Shown: positions 23,149 to 38,053 of the stretch, one piece after another
Layout: each line of letters begins with the position of its first letter
Numbering within the stretch: the stretch's first letter is position 1
Assembly: GCF_002105155.1 (NCBI RefSeq)
Contig: NW_019029005.1
Location: 186,001-250,000 of the forward strand
Source: Lobosporangium transversale
Lineage: Eukaryota
Reading direction: 5' to 3'
DNA length: 64,000 nt
Position numbers and translations under genes: made by a program
The notes under the pieces: model-generated
What the model was told of the DNA's origin: nothing
The model's input: only the letters and a program-made list of their open reading frames with translations
Databases searched by the model: none

Positions 23149-23769
23149 AATTAGATATTTGGAGAAGTCAAGTGCCCATGCAACTATGAAGTCATCTTTC
23201 TTTTTCGGAAATCTTTTTCTCTGATCACCAAGAATTTATCTTGCATCAAAATCAAATGCACCATGTTTAAAGCGAGGTTTTGTGGCAAATCTTGATCAAT
23301 GAGAGCAAAATAAACTTTTCGCGCTGTTGGAAACCTTGGATAAGGAAAACATGCCTTGATATTCTGAATGAAAGCATAAGGAGGATAGGAAGCATTGGAA
23401 GGATTCACTAGCTAAAAAAATATTTAATGTATAACATACTCTTCTTGATAAATCTCAGTTGGACCAAGTAATGAGACCCGTACATTTAAGTGTATTATAA
23501 ACAAGCTAGTAGCCAGGTTGTAATAGATTAAAAAAAAAAAAAAAAAAAAAGAAAAGGATTCAATATGAATGAGGAATGAAAGTGAAAGAAAAAGAGAATT
23601 AGTATGCCAGAGTCTAAAAAAAAATAAAAAAAAGTCTTTCAGCACTGACCCTATTCACCAAATGATTTGGAAACACAAGTACGCATGTTTGTGGCACCAT
23701 CAAGCATAAATCTTGAAGTAATGATGATCTTAGTTTAATGAATGGCAATTTTTATCTTATCTATTTTTA

Positions 23770-24590
23770 CTACACGGCAATAGCATTGACAATATATCTA
23801 CAAACGCCAAGAAACGATTCCATATTAGACAATAAGCCTTAGGTTCAACACGCTATTTATGAAAAAAAAAAAAAAAAAAAAAAAAAAAAGATTGAACGAA
23901 AGACACATACCCTTTCCTAACGAGCAATCCGCGTCCAGAAAGAAGCGCAGAGTACTTGAGGACAAAGTTGGGGGTTAAGGTCGAATCTGAGGTGACAGGC
24001 AAGTGAGGCCGTAACAAAGAAGACAGTGTAGACTTGGGCAAGATATCTATGAATATACATGAATAAAGATGAGAATTACTCAACTCATCATTCACTTTGA
24101 GCTTACAAAACACATACCAAACTTGCTTATCATTATTTTTTTTTTTTACACATACTGTAGCATCACCGTGGGTCAAGATTCGAGCCTTCCGCCTTTGCAT
24201 ATTCAATCAAGTCCTTAGGAAGGACACAACAGTCATCCAGATTGACTTGATCAATCTCTGGTGCCGCAGCTCCATTATTCAGTGCCACCGTCTTGAAAGC
24301 TTCAAGTTGCTTTTAGAAAACTCTGCCACACCCAACCGTCCAATTTGACCGCCTGTGCGGAGTTCTGATAATCGCTTCCAGATAGGCAAATAAAGTTGCT
24401 CCACATCGTTTGTGAATGCCTCAAGGTCTGCCTCATCGAGTCCATTTTCATCAAAAGTCTGATTGGGGATTGCAAGGATGAAGTGATCGATCACATGACT
24501 TGATGCACCCAGTGCAGTTTGAAGATTCTCAAAAGCAGGTTCAAGTCATCTACTGACAATGTGTGGGCGCTGGAGATAGAAAGAATAGTT

Positions 24591-24626
<36 letters not shown>

Positions 24627-25480
24627 GTCAGCTCGCTGTTTTGGAATCACGCAAAAAAAAAAAAAAACCCGATGTATCACCATTTCAAGTCATCCAACAA
24701 TACACAACAAAATATTTGCACTATCATTACCTGTGATGTCGTACTTGGATCTATCACCGTCCAATGCGCCAAGAGAGGCGGCGTCTGCAATTGTAATGTG
24801 GTTCCGTTGATCCGAGCAGAAACGAGGGAAGAGAACAGCGATTCCTCGACTGCGGAGACAAGCTATGAGCAATCATTCAAAGTTAAAATACAGGTCAATG
24901 TCGAACATGTAAAGTAATTACATACATCAATATTCGCCGTATAGCATCACACTCCACCATCATATCTTTCACACTGTCCAAGTGTATTGTCTCTGACATT
25001 TGTTGTATTCGTTACATAAGGCTATTGTATTTTGAACCAGTGATGGTTGAACAAAAAAAAAAATACACATTGATTTGCTTTCCACTTTCTCCACACTTGT
25101 GTGTGTGTATAACTGATGGAATAACAATTGAGGATAATAACAAATTTGATAAGACGGGATTTAGCCCAGAGATTCAACTTAATTTGTGATTCTTCATTCC
25201 TCCGATCACTCTTTGGTTAAATCACCCATGCATTTTTGAATATGAGCAATAAGCTCTTACTAACCTCTTGATTCGACTTTTTAAGAGAGACATTCAATTG
25301 CCCTGTGGTGCCTGTTCGGATTGTGTTACCGGTATAAAGAGTCAGATGTTGGAACTTTTCTTGTGCAAATGCGACCGGTTGGGTTCTCTTGAAATGCTTG
25401 TTGACAGGAATGTGATCGAGCGTATGGCTCTGACCGTTAGAAGCAGAATACAAGTCCTGCGAGGCATGAATGACTGTCAT
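23770..25480 (-). CDS. GCLM: Glutamate-cysteine ligase modifier (regulatory) subunit, aldo-keto reductase fold
   Basis: LTLYTGNTIR at the N-terminus; LPIWKRLSEL...IGRLGVAEFS; PEIDQVNLDDCCVLPKDLIEYAK..LTHGDAT; FVLKYSALLSGRGLLVRKG|YIV. Multi-exon. Confidence 0.85.
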
Positions 25481-25604
25481 GGTTGAATATGAATGTATGT
25501 GATAATAATTAGAATAAAAGACTGAAGAGCGAAGGTCGAGGATTGGAATCGAATGAGTTTTAGAAGAAGAATGAGCGAGAGAATGAAGAATGAAAACAGA
25601 TCGG

Positions 25605-25635
<31 letters not shown>

Positions 25636-26497
25636 AAAATGTATTTGTAATGCGGCGGACCTTTTTTTGTCGCACAAAAAATGTTCAGCAAACATGATTT
25701 TCAAGGGGGCCAATTCAAGTTCCATGGCAAGTCGGGTTACATTTTGAAGCATGTGCTCACGGATTTCTGATCAAACATAATGGATATACGTATACATAAT
25801 GCACTTCCAACAATCGAGTTTTACTTCTCACGATCAAAACAAATGAACAGCATGACAACAAGCAAGCAACAGATCAAAGATCGAGACTTTCACCAGCTCT
25901 CCGAAATTGTATTTATGGCTACCATTTAGGGGGAAAAAATGTACTTGTCGCCCTTCTTGATATTCAACTGCTGAAACGTTACATTATGCATGCGGTGGTG
26001 TATACGGTGGTGTATGCGCCCCTGTCCTGATTGTTTTTTCCTCTTTTTGCAATGCAACAAGGACAGACAAGGGCAAAATGATACCATTCGGGAATTTTAG
26101 AAGCCATGAGTGCATAAAAAAATCCTATTTCTTTAATCGATCTTTACAGATTGTAAAAAGAAAAAAAGAGCTGCATATTAGTGTATAATGACAAGACCTT
26201 AGGCGGGAAAAGCACACCATCGTAGACCCACTCTTCGTCATTGGGTCGCTTATTTTATTTAATAAAAAAAAAGAATGGGAGATATAGAGACAACTCCTTC
26301 TTTATATTTCTGTCTTTTCATCCTTCCATCTTTCATCAATTGCTCCCAAGAGATGATCATAAGAAAAAGGAAAGAAAGAAAAAATTGTAGAGATAGATAA
26401 GTTGGAACAACGGTTAGAAATAATTATTATGTTTTAATGTGGCCTTTTTTTATGTTTGGTGTAGTATGCAAGAAAGGTTATTAAGATCAATGGAGCT

Positions 26498-28682
26498 TTA
26501 TGCGCTCTTGTCATATGCGGCATCATGAACTCTCTGAGCGCGCCCAGAAGGATCGGCAGGGCATCCCCAGTCTTCACGGGGAATCCAGCGAACTACAGAT
26601 TCTGTGCAGGCCTCTTGAGGGAACCACTGCTCAAAGATATCGCGATACCAGTAAGCCTCTTTAGTCTGAGGTGTATCCTTCGGCCAACGCTCTGATGCTT
26701 TAGCAAACGCCTCGTCTGATACCTTAGTCAAAGAGAGCTCCTTTAGTGTGTCGATCCAACTATAGCCAACTCCGTCAGAGAATTGCTCCTTCTGACGCCA
26801 AAGAATCGAGTCAGGAAGGTAAGGTTGAGCAGTGGGATCATCTTTGGTGTCAAAAGCCTTACGAAGGATATACTTCTCCATCCTACCCTTGACAGATACT
26901 TTTTCTTGAGGATCGATGTTCATGGCAACCTCGAGAAACGCCTTGTCCAAGAAAGGAACACGAGCTTCAACACCCCATGCCATTGTTGACTTGTTGGCAC
27001 GCAAGCAATCTGCATAATGCAGGTTCTTCACACGGCTTACGGTCTCTTTGTGAAGATCAGCAGCGGATGGGGCAGCATGGAAATAAAGGTATCCTCCAAA
27101 AATCTCATCAGCGCCCTCTCCTGAAAGGACCATTTTGACACCCATAGCTTTGATCTTTCTGCTCAACATATACATAGGAGTCGAAGCACGGATGGTGGTA
27201 ACGTCGTATGTCTCCAAGTGGTAGACAACATCGGCAATGGCATCCAGACCATCCTGAACAGTAAAAGTGTACTCGTGGTGAACAGTTTTCAAAAAGTCAG
27301 CGGCGATACGGGCAGCAGCTAAATCGGGAGAGCCCTCTAAACCAATCGAGAATGAGTGAAGTCTTGGCCACGAAGCAACGGCACCTACGAAAGGGTATAA
27401 ATATCGATAAGAACAAGTCTAAAAAAACTGCCTCTTAACAACTTTCAAATTGGCAAGCAAGGTGCATACTTTCATCAACATCATCACCGTCACGGTTCAA
27501 TGGGACCTGTCCATGGATAATCTTCTGAGTTTCCCTTGCAGCGATAGAAGCAATCAAGCTTGAATCAAGTCCTCCACTGAGCAACACACCATAAGGGACC
27601 TCGGACATTAGTCTCTTGCGAACAGCTTTCTCTAAAGTCTCACGGAGGAGCTTATAATCGACAGGAGCAGATGGGATATTTTCGCCATCCCACCATGTAG
27701 GCTCAAAGTATCGAGTGGTCTTGCCAGTTTCAGAATCAAAAATATGGCCAGGCGGGAAAGCGATAATGCGGTCGCACTCCTCATTCAATGCCTTGAGCTC
27801 AGAAGCAAAATAGATGGTGCCAGGCTGTTTGCTGCTCCATCCCTGATATAAAGTGGTAATTCCAATAGGATCACGAGCAGCCAAAATCCTGTTCTTCTTT
27901 GTGTCGAGAAGAATCCAGGAGAACATTCCGTCAAGGTGTTTTACGACATCAGTATCCATTTGCTTGTACTATCAAGTCATAGAACCATCATTTAAAACTT
28001 TTTAGAGGATGATACTGCTAACTGCTATTCGAAACAAACACGAAATAAAGTAATAACATGATAATGCGTACAAGGTGGAGAATGACTTCACAATCTGACT
28101 GTGTCTTGAAGTGGGTGTCGGGGGGCATAGTTTGCGGAGAGCCTTATGGTTGTAGATCTCTCCGTTAACAGAGAGAATTAGCGACTCGTCATCATTTGTC
28201 AAGGGTTGGGCACCAGATTCTAATCAGTGCGTAGGCGAATTGTCACAGAATTATCAGTGAATATTAAAAAAAAAAAAAAAAAAAAAAACAACCCAGAACA
28301 GGCGAGAGACTTTTAAGGTATATTTCTGACAGCTCAAACGACAAGCTTTTGATGCGACTCACCAACGCCAACAATAGCCAAACGCTCATGGCACAGGATA
28401 TGCTTGCCTGCAACAGTACATCCGTTCCAATCAGGACCACGGTGTCTAAGCCTAATCAGTAAGAAGTCATGGTAAGGCCGTTAGAGAAAGAGAATTTCAT
28501 CAACCATGAAAAATTCTGCACTAAGCTAATATGGAATATTGATCCCACATTCTTGCGCCACCAATTGATCAGGCAAAAAAAATTGGTGATATCAAGCCCT
28601 TACTTTTTTGAGAGATAAAGTGCACGTTGCGGAATGCATTAGCATCGCCCGGCAGGTTATAGACTCCGAAAATACCACACAT
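26498..28682 (-). CDS. ASN1: Asparagine synthetase (glutamine-hydrolysing)
   Basis: MCGIFG start, [76 protein letters not shown]. Confidence 0.97.
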
Positions 28683-29414
28683 AGTAAGTTTTAAATGTGA
28701 ATGTAAAAGTGATGAATGAAGAGAATTAGAGAAGAATTAGAGAAGAATGAGAGAAAAATGAGTAGAGAGGAATAGTGAGAACCAAAGATACGGGAAAATA
28801 TTGGGGGGGGGGGTTTTAAGGAAAGCGACAGAAAGAAAGACCTCATCATGCTTTTATATGCGAAATGTCGATCTAGATATTATTTTTATCGATACGATCC
28901 ACTCAAGCTCAAAGGAAGGAGTCATTGATTTCCATTTTTTCTTTTCAGCTGTTTGGTGGCTTCATTTAGAGGTGACTCTTCGATTTAAAGAATCTGAATT
29001 CAGATTGTCGCCGTTTTGGCGATATTATTCGGGAAACTATAAACATGCAACATGCATAATTAATACAAACCCAACTGCTGCTACCTGTATATACTAGAAC
29101 CTCACTAACAGAAACAAATGATGTCTGGTCCAGCAGCCTTTATGGGCCTACTTGGTAAATTCACCTCACTCTGAACATCCGCGTTGAGGATTTGTGTGCA
29201 GGCGATATCTGTCAAAGTCTTGTTACACAAGAGCTTCTTATTTGATGACTCGACAAGGACATTTTCTGCCCACACTTCACAATTTAGATGAACACCCTCT
29301 CCTTCGGTTGTATTAGCGGACAACATCGAATAGTGTTGTCATCTGACTAAATATTAAGCTCCTGGCTATCAATGATGAATCTCATCACTTAGTACTTGAT
29401 ACTTGTCTCTAACA

Positions 29415-31643
29415 ATGCAATTTCAGCGGCCATCGCCGCCGCAACAGCAGCAACAGCAACACTATGACTACTTCAACAAGCAGCCTTGTTTTTCGTCGCA
29501 AAACCATGTCCTACCTTGTTTGTTGGCAGCTATAATTCTCAAACAAGCACGCACCAGTGGTAACTCTGGCTTAGGTAAGAATTGCCTAGGTGAGGCAACT
29601 GAATAAAACGCTTTTCTTACTTCAATGGTGATACAATGTAGCTGCGCTGACAATAATGAACCGGCTATATCTCATAATATGGCACTTTAGATTGCTTGGC
29701 ACAGATCAAGTCAAGTCGAGGACTTGTCAAAAGAAACTCATCTGCAGCTGCTGTGCACCTACATCTACAAGACCAGTATCAACAGTGTCCATCTTCTTTA
29801 TCGCAACTGAGTGATGTCACTACGCTGGTTACTGAAGAACAAAACCGGAATCATCTAGATACATACTCAACAATAACAGAAAGAGTAGGGGCGCAGGACT
29901 TTTCCCCGGAACGTACTGCTTCACCACCACCAGGTCCACGCCCGTCCTTTATGGAGACGATTGCCGAACTTGAATCTAATATTAAAACAGATAGCTCGGA
30001 CAATCAGATGAAGGAGTTGCTGCAACAAAGAATGGTAACCTACTGGAGGATGTTCCCATGCCATGAGTATTGAGAGTCTTATTACCCAAACTAGAATAAA
30101 TAGCGCTGCTTAACATTTGACCTTGTCATAGAGAACGAAACACTTAGAAGATGGAAGTTGGAGCATGAGCTGAAATTAGATCAACTATGTATGCGACTTG
30201 AGCCTATTCGTCAGGAGCCTGTTCAGCCTGATCGTGTTGTAAAAAAACGCGGCCGTCCTCCAAAAAAGCGGAAAATACAGGATCAACCACCTGATGTCTC
30301 GACTGCCCCCGTCAATGAATCATTAAACATCTCAGACAGTATAATTGGTAACACCCTCACTATTTTCAATGGAAATCGAAAAAAAAAAAAAAAAAAAAAA
30401 AAAAGTGTGTATCAGAGATCACTTATATTTACGGTTTTAAGACGATCCACGTTCTTTCTAGACCGTACAGCAGCTTTCCCACAAAGTCAAGCTAGAATCT
30501 TCAAATGTATGGAATCACTTCGGCGTAGCCGATTCTTTTTAGAGTCTGCTGATAGAGATAAGGTGCAAGATGGCTTTCGTGTAGAGGCATCTATTTGGAA
30601 CACGACAATGACCACAGGAATGATACAGCTGATTGAAGAGGTGATACAAATCTTCTTATCCCCATGTCCGACTTATAATTCGAGTGTCGTGCAACAAACG
30701 TGTGAGCACAGCATGGTGGTTGCAAGAGGTTATTAGCAAGATAAAAAAGCTGACAAAACTGTGTTACAGTTATTAAATTACATGTACTTGCCACTTTAAT
30801 GAAGCAATTTCGATACTATTTTCACATATTTTAGAGCATCTTTCGGCATCCCTGTTAACCTTTCACCAGTTCGAACAGGTTCTTGGCGCTTTGGAATCAT
30901 CATGGAGCCAATACCTACTACAGAAGCCATCCTCACGATCAAAGGTTCCGGACCAACTGGGGGAAAAGGAGGCGATAAAGATAATCCTCGCTGCGAACTG
31001 TCCCATAACGCCCACCGACATCCATTTGAATCTACTAAATTTATGTTACATAAGCATCCTACTTCGGGTAATACTCCGAAACTTGGTCAGGACACTCGAA
31101 TGCATAAATCAACTAAAGGCAGGGTCCAAAGAACAATGCTTGACGGTAGGGCTACAGAACCGCGGGATCTCTTTGAAATCGGGCGCTAAAAGAAAGGCAA
31201 GGGCGCTAAATGCGCGCGATAGATTAAAAGTACGTCATCAACAATATCAGCTCGAAGAACAATGCATTCGGCCTGTCGAGATGGCCAGCATAATTTCGCA
31301 AGCATACATTGTTCAGAAATGTAGCTGTGAAAACTGTTTGAGCATAAGGCACAAATCGTGTTTAACAGATAAAATACAGAGGTTAAAAGGTGAGGTTTGT
31401 TGGTATTGCGCCAATTGCATGCGGAATCTCAAGATTTTTAGCAAGATAACGGCATATTGATGGACCGACGCTTCCTTCCTCCTCAACGTGTTAGATGACT
31501 GTAGGGAGATGATACGACGAATTTCGTCATATGTACTCTTCTCTCCTGCCAACGCCTCATCTTCTCAACCTGTTCTGTCCAGATGGCTTACAGATCAAAT
31601 CCTTGAAATTTTGTCGAGCACTGGCAATCCATGTGAGGTATAA
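29415..31643 (+). CDS. Hypothetical nuclear protein with an AT-hook and a Cys-rich (PHD-like) C-terminal segment
   Basis: Consecutive + ORFs joined by GT-AG introns; KKRGRPPKKRK; CSCENC...HKSC...WYCANC. Boundaries approximate. Confidence 0.55.
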
Positions 31644-31773
31644 TCGATCGTCCAATATCTTTTATCTTTTTTTATTTTTTATTTTTCTTTTTATAGTACT
31701 ATACATCTATCAGGCTGCAGAATAAAAGACGTTGCCTTGCGGTAGCGGCGCATTCATCAAGTGAAATGCTCCT

Positions 31774-32514
31774 TTATCGTTTCTTAAAACCAAACTTTTT
31801 CCGTCATAAAACAGATCTGTTTTTGAGGATCCCAAGTTAACAATCTTTGGACAGCCATCTCTCTTTAATATATAAACAGATAGCAGGTTAAAGAGAATAT
31901 GTTAGAATACCTCCCCCTTTTTTTTAAAAAAAAAAATGAATAGATAAATAAATAAATAAATAAATAAATAATAGTCCTTCAATATATACTTACGTCCTTT
32001 TCAGCTCGCGTACAATTAGCGCAATAATATGCGTCACTAACTCCTGGCGATCCACAGACTACACAACGTCCCTGAAAAGATCCATAATTGCATTCATCAC
32101 AGACCCTGACAAGCGTTACTGGACGAACATATCTTTAAATAATAACAATTAAAAATAATAATAAAATAAGACGATCAGTAGAGATCAAATAGAGCAAAAA
32201 AAAAAAAAAGCGAGCTGGTAAGATGTTGCTGTTGTTTATTTAAACCTCAAACTTACGAATCACAAATAACACATCGACCATCGCATTTCTCGCACACACG
32301 TCCGATAGCTATCCTCGATGTTACGAAGGAAAAAAAAAAAAAAAGAAAAGTTAGTAAACATTCATATGTGCTGCCAGTACAAGATATATTTCCTGTTAAG
32401 AAACAAAACATTAAATGTTGCATGTAACGCCTGTTGGTGGTTATAACTATGCTCTTGCTGATTACCAATGCCTGTCTGCTTCCTGCACATAATCAGATCT
32501 GGGTGATGTTTCGA
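31774..32514 (-). CDS. RDS3: Pre-mRNA splicing factor RDS3/PHF5A (SF3b subunit); first micro-exon not located
   Basis: [96 protein letters not shown]. Confidence 0.96.
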
Positions 32515-33509
32515 CTTTCTATTAAGAAGGAGAAGCGAAAATAAAAGCAAAAGCACATTGATATTCCGGTTAATAAAAATAAAAGAACCACACACAACTC
32601 TGTCATGTTGATCTCTTTCTTATTTTTTGGTTGCTGTGTTGTCTAGACATGCAATGTCCATCCCAAGCTCTCAAATCGTACTTTATATAATAATACTATA
32701 GTCTTGTTCGTTGTATAGTGTAATCTTCTTTTTTCTTGGTCCTGCGAAATGAGTAGGTTAGTGTTTTTACATGAAGCGAGAAAGTAAGGGATGTGGTCCG
32801 CTGCGCCACCATCATGTCCCGTGACTGCTTATAATTAAATGACGCGCATAGCAAAGCAATATGTTCAAAAAATATACATACGTATCCTGTAATTCCTAGG
32901 CTCTCTAGACTACTGGTTTTGTATCAGTCATCTGCTCAAATGTTCTTGGCAGCAACAACAACAACAATAACAATAAACACAACAACAGCATGTGAAAAAG
33001 GACTATGAAAGGCGTAGTAAAAAAAAAAAAAAAAGAAATGACTCTGGAAAATGCCGCGGATGCAAGAATATGACATCAACAACTTCGTTTTACTATCTTA
33101 TGATATGTTGCCGCCAAAATATATATGATGGAGGGCTGGGTTTTAAGATGGATAAGAGAAACACAAAAAGAAAAGGGGAAAGGGAAAGAAAGAGGGCGCA
33201 GTGATCAATGACCTACTGCTTGGGGTGTCACTTGGATCAAGTGTACGTCTGTGGTTTCTTGTAATGCTTGTCTTAGGATTAGGCGTCACTCACATTCCAC
33301 CCCCCTGACTCACTTGTCTTCACCCGTCAAATTACATAAACGCATGTTTTAGTTTATAATGTTGACAACTTGGACAAGAACAGCAGAAGGGAATAATAGG
33401 ACGAAATAGCATTAGAAAAGAATGTGTAAGAGAAAATGAAATAGACAATCGATAAAGATTTATTTACTTTTTTTTTTATCTTTATTAAATATAATACACA
33501 TTTACAATT

Positions 33510-33543
<34 letters not shown>

Positions 33544-33591
33544 AAAAAAAAGGTATTCATGAATATTTTGCATCAAATTCATGCATCAAAT

Positions 33592-34050
33592 CTATGCATC
33601 AGCCCAGTCAGAGATACGACGATTCAGTGCACGTTTGCCTTCTGCGATCAGAGTCGTCAGTTTGGCTTCCATCCTGAGAAATTGCTCGTCGTTGTCTTCT
33701 GTGCCTGTTTTGGCCTCTCAGGCATGGGTAATGAGTCCTTGGAAAGATAATCATTGTCATACGCGTGAGGAAGCGATATCGACAGCCCATGGCCACGAGG
33801 GGATTTATAGGATGAATGCTTGTAATTCCTTGATTTATGACGATGTGTGTTGTGGTGAAGAGATTTTCCAAGCACACCAGAAGAGGAATCTCGGCGTTGA
33901 ATTGTTCTTGTCGGGATATCGACAGGTGCGGACTTCATTTGCTATCGTTTACGAATGCATGTTGCAGAAACAAAACAATTGTGCATACATTTAGAATCTA
34001 AAAATGACACATGTTTGGCCCCATGCATTGCGGGAAATTATCCAAGAGGG

Positions 34051-34081
<31 letters not shown>

Positions 34082-35656
34082 AAATACTTACAACTACAGA
34101 CTTCTCAAAGACTGGCTCGCCATTGCCTTGAGGCGCTGCTGGCGTGGCCTTGGCCGACTCTGCTGTGGGAGAAGACATGGTCGCATCAAGTTGTTGCCTG
34201 CCCTTACCCGTGAGTAACTGATATGCTGAAAGAGCTACAGCACTTGTAAAGATTACTGTCTCAACTGCAGCGCCCAAGATAACTGCTGCCGCTGATCGCT
34301 GTCGCTTCTTTGGAGGCTCGGCTGCATATAGGGCGTCATCCTCATTGGTTTGATTATCCTGCGCTCTGAATGCACCAATACCAAAGGCTGGAGTACTTCC
34401 AACAATAGTCACTGCAGTAGAGGTATCGTTAGGATGGGCCTTCCAGCTCCAAGGGCGCAGAGTTTTCGAGCTGAAGCTGAGCATCATTCTCCTCAACGTT
34501 CAAAACGGGACAAGTCTTCATCGTCATGGTCAGGTACAAATTGAGGGGCACCATAGCGTCTAGAGATCTTTGCAAGAGTCCTATCAGATCTGGAGCTATG
34601 GTGACGACCCGGTTTATGATGATAACAGGAAGGATGATGGTGACGGCGATGATGTCGCTCTTGATTGGATGGCAGGATGAATGATGGTGATAGTGTCGTG
34701 CGGGTGATGCCCCTTGGAATGATGGTGACAAAAGACTGAGCAAGAGTGGGGTGGAGCTAGGAGATGATACGTTAGAATAGGACGAATTGGAGGCAGTTGA
34801 CGAATGAGATGAATATGCGTAAGTTTTGGTGTTCGTGGACCTGATGTAGCAGCCAGATTAACACGTGGAGAGCCAGGGCCTTCAGACGTTGTTGTGGAAC
34901 CGCGCCCAGACCCTGGGCTTTGCGTTGGACCAAAGTAAAAGAACCATCGAAGGTATTGCTGCCAGTGTTGGCAATTGAGTGTTGATGGAGAGAGGGAGGG
35001 TCGCTGTTTTTGACCAGTCGAGTCTGATTTTGGCGTAGGAGATTCTGTTGTAGAAGGTGCCGAAGTAGATAGTGGTGATTCAGGTGTGGAGGAAGATGTG
35101 GTAGAGGATACAGAAGATAAATCAGGGATTCCCAACAGATCCGAAGGTGTAATAGGAGAGGGATATGCTGTTGCTTTGCGGACACTGCTTTTAATGTTAG
35201 TATCGATAGGAGTGTTGCTATCTTGATTATCGTCTTGAAGTGGAAATGAGAGCTCGTCAGAGAGGTTCCTTGCTTTGCTAGGCTGTCTAAGAGGGCTAGA
35301 GTGCTATGTGGATGATGATGATGATGATGATGATGACCACCCAAAGAATCGTTGCTGCTGTTACTGGTGGCAAGAGACATGGGTAAAGACGCATTACTGC
35401 TGTTACTGCTGTTTAACCTTGAGGAAGAGCGCTTATTGTGCAGTGGCAATGTTTCATTACGTGATGAGTGATATTGATGAGAACTTGTAGTATGAGGGGC
35501 CCTGGGCAGAAGATCAGACGCGCCGGAATGCTTGTGCACGGGCGAAAAGGATCGACTGTGGCTGTTGGAGGATTTTTCTGGACCAGGATATTTGAGCCAG
35601 GGCCTGTCGTCCTGGTGAAGTTGCGGGTAGTGAAAAGAACGCTTGTGAGAGGACAT
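33592..35656 (-). CDS. Hypothetical low-complexity protein with one hydrophobic segment and a C-terminal coiled coil
   Basis: S/P/H-rich ORFs in shifting frames; AAAVILGAAVETVIFTSAVALSAYQLLTG; last exon ...LRMEAKLTTLIAEGKRALNRRISDWADA*. Confidence 0.65.
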
Positions 35657-36172
35657 GGTGGCCAGGAAGGATTGAGAGAAGCCCCAAGGGAAAGGAAAGA
35701 AAAGACTGAGCGGAGTGATAAGTTTGATAAGAAATGTGAATTTTTTTCGATTTCACAGGGCGCTATATGCCATTGGGTAGATGGGATGATTGGAATAGAA
35801 TGATCAGAAATGTGTTGAGTGAAAAGGAATGAAGAATGAAGGAGGTTTGAGAGAAGAAAAAGTGTAAATAAAGAAGAAGAGGAAGAAGAGAAAAAGAAAA
35901 TAAAAGAAAAAGAAGGGGAAAGAAAAGAGCATATTACACCTCTTTTTTAAAAAACCCTTGGTGGACAGACGCCTTTTCTCCTCGATAGACTTTTGAATTG
36001 AAAATGTGATTATTGATTGTATATTTATATTATTTGTACGACTGAACTAAGTGGGAGTAAAAGCCATTGAATACAGCGGTAATTGATTACTGTCATTTTA
36101 ACAAATACATGAAATGCCTTGCATGGCCTGATCTCTTTTTGTCTGTGGTTGGTTGGTTGTGGTTGCAATGTC

Positions 36173-36205
<33 letters not shown>

Positions 36206-38020
36206 ACAAGCATGGAACACGAGCGTTTGGAAACTATCATCGCCATCACCATCACCATCACCACAATCGGTGTGTTCTTTCTATGATGGGACTAACAGTG
36301 AATTATTCAGGCTGTGTAATAGTCGTGCGCATGTGTGTTGGATTTCATTGTGATAATCCAAAGTGCAAATCATATGCTTTTTGAGACCGCCAAACAACCA
36401 GCTCACCAACAATAGCAATCAAAACCAAAAATATATATTTATCCCAAGTACATGTAATACAGTGCATTTATACCCCCCAATTCAAAAAAATGTTAACATT
36501 CGAAACCATGTCTACACAACGTGGGCTGAACTGAATCATATCCTACCCTGTTTCCTGCCCGATGGTTCTTGTGCATCCTCTCTTTCATTTATTGTTTGTC
36601 CTTGGTATTGATGTTGTTACTTTTGCAGATGTTGACAGTGTTGATTTTGATCCTCCTCGCCATTTTGTCAAACTCGGTCCAAAGATGTTCATCGTTGCCT
36701 CCTATCAATGGTATATACCGAACAGGAAAGATCAAACAGTGCAAGTGCTGCAACTAAGAGAGGCATCTTTTTACGCTTGTTGTGCATTGTGTCTCTAAAA
36801 CGCAAACAGAAAAAGGAGACGAACAGATGCAGAAAAAAAAAAAAAAAAAAAAAAAGAGAGATGCCACTGGCCAACAGGACGGGGGTGCTTTTGCTATTGA
36901 TGTCGTTCTGTGATATTTGAATAAGGGTTTGTATTCAAAAAAATTGAAAAGCGTGCCCTTCTCGACAAGTCACTATTACTAAACATCGATTGATTGATGT
37001 ATTCATCAGGCAAAAACACAAACTTGAATCGGACCATCGTACATATTTACTATTGTGGACGAATGTTAAATAGATGAGCGTGCTTTATTGTAGCCGTTAA
37101 TATGGAGTAGTTCGGTCCAGTTGCATAACAAACCAATTGTTATTTAAAATAAACATCAATTGAAACACAATAGACAGATTATAGCAAAACGCCTTTATGC
37201 GCACCAAAAGATCTGTGTGTATCGATGCCAAGTACATGTACCGTGGCCGTCGAAGACGAACATTGATGTAGTAGAAGAATGAGAAGAACATGGATGTATG
37301 AATGAGAGCATTCTCAGATCCTCTACACCCTGTCCTTTGGCTCCTGCTCGCCTTCTCCCCGTGTCTATTGTGTACCAAACGAAACAATTGCTCATTTGTA
37401 CACGAACATGTACATGTACATGTATATATTTACCAGTTTTCCTTTAATGATAATCGAGGTTTGTCTGTGCCGTCGAGATTTGAAAGAAAGGATGGAGCCG
37501 CCATGGTGTTTTTTTTTATTTATTTTTATATCAAAATTAACCTCTTTAATATGATCAGTCTCCATATTACAAGAATGTCATGAATATTGATAATATTACT
37601 TTAAATAATTTTTTTTTCCCAGAACTTTCAATAAATAAACAAAGAAGAACGGTCTCCGATCGTCTGGTTTTCTGGTCTGTGGTCGTACACCTTTCCCGAC
37701 ATTATTCTCACTTAATATATTATATATTTATATACGATAGACATTGATTGCATGCACGCTAATGATTCCATCCCGAAGTATCAATAAATTGTGTGCCAAG
37801 ACCAGGCAGGACAGATAGAAGGAAACAATTGGCCTGGGCATTCTTCTCTTCCTCTTCCTTCTCCTCCTCTTTATCATATGCCAACAGGGTAAAGAAGAAT
37901 CGGGAAAAAAAAAATACGTCAATTTCGGTTTGGTTTTATGTTTGAATGACAGTTCGCGCAGGAAAGCGTGTGCATTGATTGAATACGGTTGAATACGGTG
38001 ATCAAACCCTTGCCCTGATG

Positions 38021-38053
<33 letters not shown>

